A stretch of DNA of 37,487 bases from a virus (Duplodnaviria; Caudoviricetes). Both the position numbers and the translations under genes were made by a program. The DNA is taken from IMG/VR virus record IMGVR_UViG_3300027612_000463, positions 1-37,487 of that record; one strand, 5' to 3'. Shown one piece after another: positions 35,755 through 37,487 of the stretch. Position 1 is the first letter of the stretch, and the number at the start of each line of letters is the position of its first letter. Below the pieces are notes generated by a model, which saw nothing but the letters and a program-made list of their open reading frames with translations, had not been told where the DNA came from and searched no databases.

Positions 35755-35914
35755 ATGGTGTTAGTAGAAACCAGTAATGGTTTTCACTAATAAGCGACTT
35801 CGGCTTGTAAAAAAAGAAGGGCATTTCCTATGCCATACAAAGGTAGCGCCGGGGGAGACCGGGGTACGTGACGAACCTTAGAACTCACACACACATATAC
35901 ATAAAGGAAATGAA

Positions 35915-36163
35915 ATGACTACACTATCAATGACAGGCAGCAACTCAGGCCTGTTGAAAAAAGTTGCACAATTCTTCGTTAACCTAAACGAACAGCGTAT
36001 TCAACGCAAACAAATCAACCGTACAATCAAAGAACTATCAGCACTTACAGATCGTGAACTAAACGATATGGGACTCACTCGCGGCGACATTTATACTGTT
36101 GCACACGGTACTGCTGACCTTCGTGCTGTTCGTGAGAACGCTAACTTGGCAGGGTGGGTGTAA
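35915..36163 (+). CDS. DUF1127 (YjiS-like) small protein
   Basis: RTIKELSALTDRELNDMGLTRGDI signature. Confidence 0.9.
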   Translation: MTTLSMTGSNSGLLKKVAQFFVNLNEQRIQRKQINRTIKELSALTDRELNDMGLTRGDIYTVAHGTADLRAVRENANLAGWV

Positions 36164-36408
36164 TGGAAGTATCACTAGAAGCAAAACGCAACGGCGTTAA
36201 TTTTAGACAGCCAACATTTAAGAACCCATTGCCAAAGATGTTCAGAGCATTAGGCAAAGTCTTAATGACTGTGTTCGTAGGTATTATTGCATTTGGTGAG
36301 TCAGCTGGTAGAGCAAGAGCTGCTGCTGAACTATCTCGCATGGGCTATCAAGACGAAGCCAAAGCACTTATGCTAGGTAAGAGTATTGAGGAAGTTGATA
36401 ATGTATAA
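36163..36408 (+). CDS. Small protein, DUF1127-related
   Basis: GRARAAAELSRMGY; TAATG coupling. Confidence 0.6.
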   Translation: MEVSLEAKRNGVNFRQPTFKNPLPKMFRALGKVLMTVFVGIIAFGESAGRARAAAELSRMGYQDEAKALMLGKSIEEVDNV

Positions 36409-36511
36409 CTGGAAAGACTTAGTTAGAGGTACTATTGCGTTCTTAGGAATGATGTCAATCCTAAGTGCATTTATGATTCTAAACGGCTTACACTATGCAG
36501 GGGTTCTCTGA
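36401..36511 (+). CDS. Small single-TM peptide (36 aa), not in the ORF track
   Basis: MYNWKDLVRGTIAFLGMMSILSAFMILNGLHYAGVL; GAGGA RBS; overlaps both neighbours. Confidence 0.55.
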   Translation: MYNWKDLVRGTIAFLGMMSILSAFMILNGLHYAGVL

Positions 36512-37079
36512 TAGAGTTGCATACGGCCTTACTATGTCCTTTCGCTGGTTCGCGGATACATTCTTCGCAAAGCGATACGGACATAGGGCCGTAGTTTTAG
36601 AAACCGTAGCAGGTGTTCCTGGTATGGTTGCTGGCATGTGGCAACACCTGCGCAGCCTAAGAAAGATGCAGCCAGATGAACGTGGCTGGATCAAGACTCT
36701 GCTAGAAGAAGCAGAGAACGAACGTATGCATCTAATGATATTCATAGAGATAGCAAAGCCTAACTGGTTAGAAAGATTAATTATCTTGCTTGCTCAGTTT
36801 GTGTTTTGGCATTTCTATTTTATTCTATATGTTTTCTTTCCAAGTACAGCACATAGAATGGTAGGATACTTCGAAGATCAAGCTGTGATCAGTTATACTC
36901 AATATTTAGAGCAAATTGATGCAGGAGTAATTGAAAACATTCCTGCTCCGCAGATTGCAATTGACTATTATAATTTAATACCCAATGCAAGACTAAGAGA
37001 AGTTGTCAAAGCAGTTCGTGCAGACGAGCAAGGACATGCAGATGTAAATCACGGCATGGCTGATCAACTAAAAGGTTGA
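36495..37079 (+). CDS. aox: Alternative oxidase (ubiquinol:O2 di-iron oxidase)
   Basis: LETVAGVPGMV (AOX, not PTOX), EEAENERMHL, GYFEDQA..SY, RADEQGH. Confidence 0.93.
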   Translation: MQGFSDRVAYGLTMSFRWFADTFFAKRYGHRAVVLETVAGVPGMVAGMWQHLRSLRKMQPDERGWIKTLLEEAENERMHLMIFIEIAKPNWLERLIILLAQFVFWHFYFILYVFFPSTAHRMVGYFEDQAVISYTQYLEQIDAGVIENIPAPQIAIDYYNLIPNARLREVVKAVRADEQGHADVNHGMADQLKG

Positions 37080-37104
37080 CACTCTAGTTAACCTGTGTTA
37101 CTTT
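37076..37104 (+). promoter_or_regulatory. Sigma70-type promoter for cytochrome c2
   Basis: TTGACA-17-TACTTT. Confidence 0.5.
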
Positions 37105-37134
37105 TAAATATCCAAATAGAGAAAGGACTCACGG

Positions 37135-37487
37135 ATGAGAAACTTACTATCAACGATTGCAGTTGCGGCAGTACTTGCTACTCCGGCATTTGCAGGTGAT
37201 GCTGCCAAAGGCGAAAAAGCATTTAAGAAATGTGCAAGCTGTCACAGCGTCGAAGAAGGCGGTAAAAATAAAGTCGGACCCAATCTATGGAACATCATGA
37301 ACCGCGGTGTTGGTGTAGAAGACTTTAAATATTCAAAAGGCTTTGCTAAATGGGCTGCTGATAATCCAGAATGGACGCCAGAGCTAATGGATGCATGGCT
37401 TACAGATTCTAAGAAGTTAGTCAAAGGTACAAAGATGAACTTCAAAGAAAAGAAAGAAGCTAAACGTGCAGACCTTATTGCTTACTT
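37135..37487 (+). CDS. Cytochrome c2 (class I), truncated by the window end
   Basis: Signal peptide, GDAAKGEKAFKKCASCH, KVGPNL, FKYS, GTKM axial Met, RADLIAY. Confidence 0.93.
   Translation, partial: MRNLLSTIAVAAVLATPAFAGDAAKGEKAFKKCASCHSVEEGGKNKVGPNLWNIMNRGVGVEDFKYSKGFAKWAADNPEWTPELMDAWLTDSKKLVKGTKMNFKEKKEAKRADLIAY

Noticed and set aside
261-37445. Many antisense and alternate-frame ORFs in the track (e.g. 970-1299, 3297-3809, 8765-9304, 13019-13498, 33793-34197, 37242-37445)
   Set aside because: They shadow well-supported genes, lack RBSs and have no recognisable motifs
1-37487. Alternative genetic code, as in some jumbo phages
   Set aside because: Genes tile densely and are full length under the standard code; TAA, TAG and TGA all end genes

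Overview
Gene-dense, AT-rich segment of a large T4-like/jumbo myophage. It has recurrent (T/G/C)TAAATA late promoters, nrdAB, head-type proteins with T4-like N-terminal leaders and a tail-fibre-like protein. The host is probably a marine alphaproteobacterium (Rhodobacteraceae-like), inferred from the permuted two-piece tmRNA, Rhodobacter-type porin, cytochrome c2, DUF1127 genes and a ROSE-like thermometer. Nearly all genes to ~35.5 kb are on the minus strand. Auxiliary genes: curli secretion operon (csgF-csgG-curlin-FecR-like), hemO-pcyX bilin cassette, clpS, hsp20, guaC, bS21, NifU, prs, lipase, a PiT-like transporter and a DUF1127-AOX-cytochrome c2 block. Notable signals the ORF track does not explain: a likely programmed -1 frameshift in a head protein (A-AAA-AAG plus stem-loop), a capsid-leader-tagged RNA-ligase-like + Pol-beta nucleotidyltransferase pair, promoter-embedded anti-SD hairpins, leaderless late genes, structured leaders and a candidate overprinted gene. 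All calls are from motif reading by eye; no database search was run.
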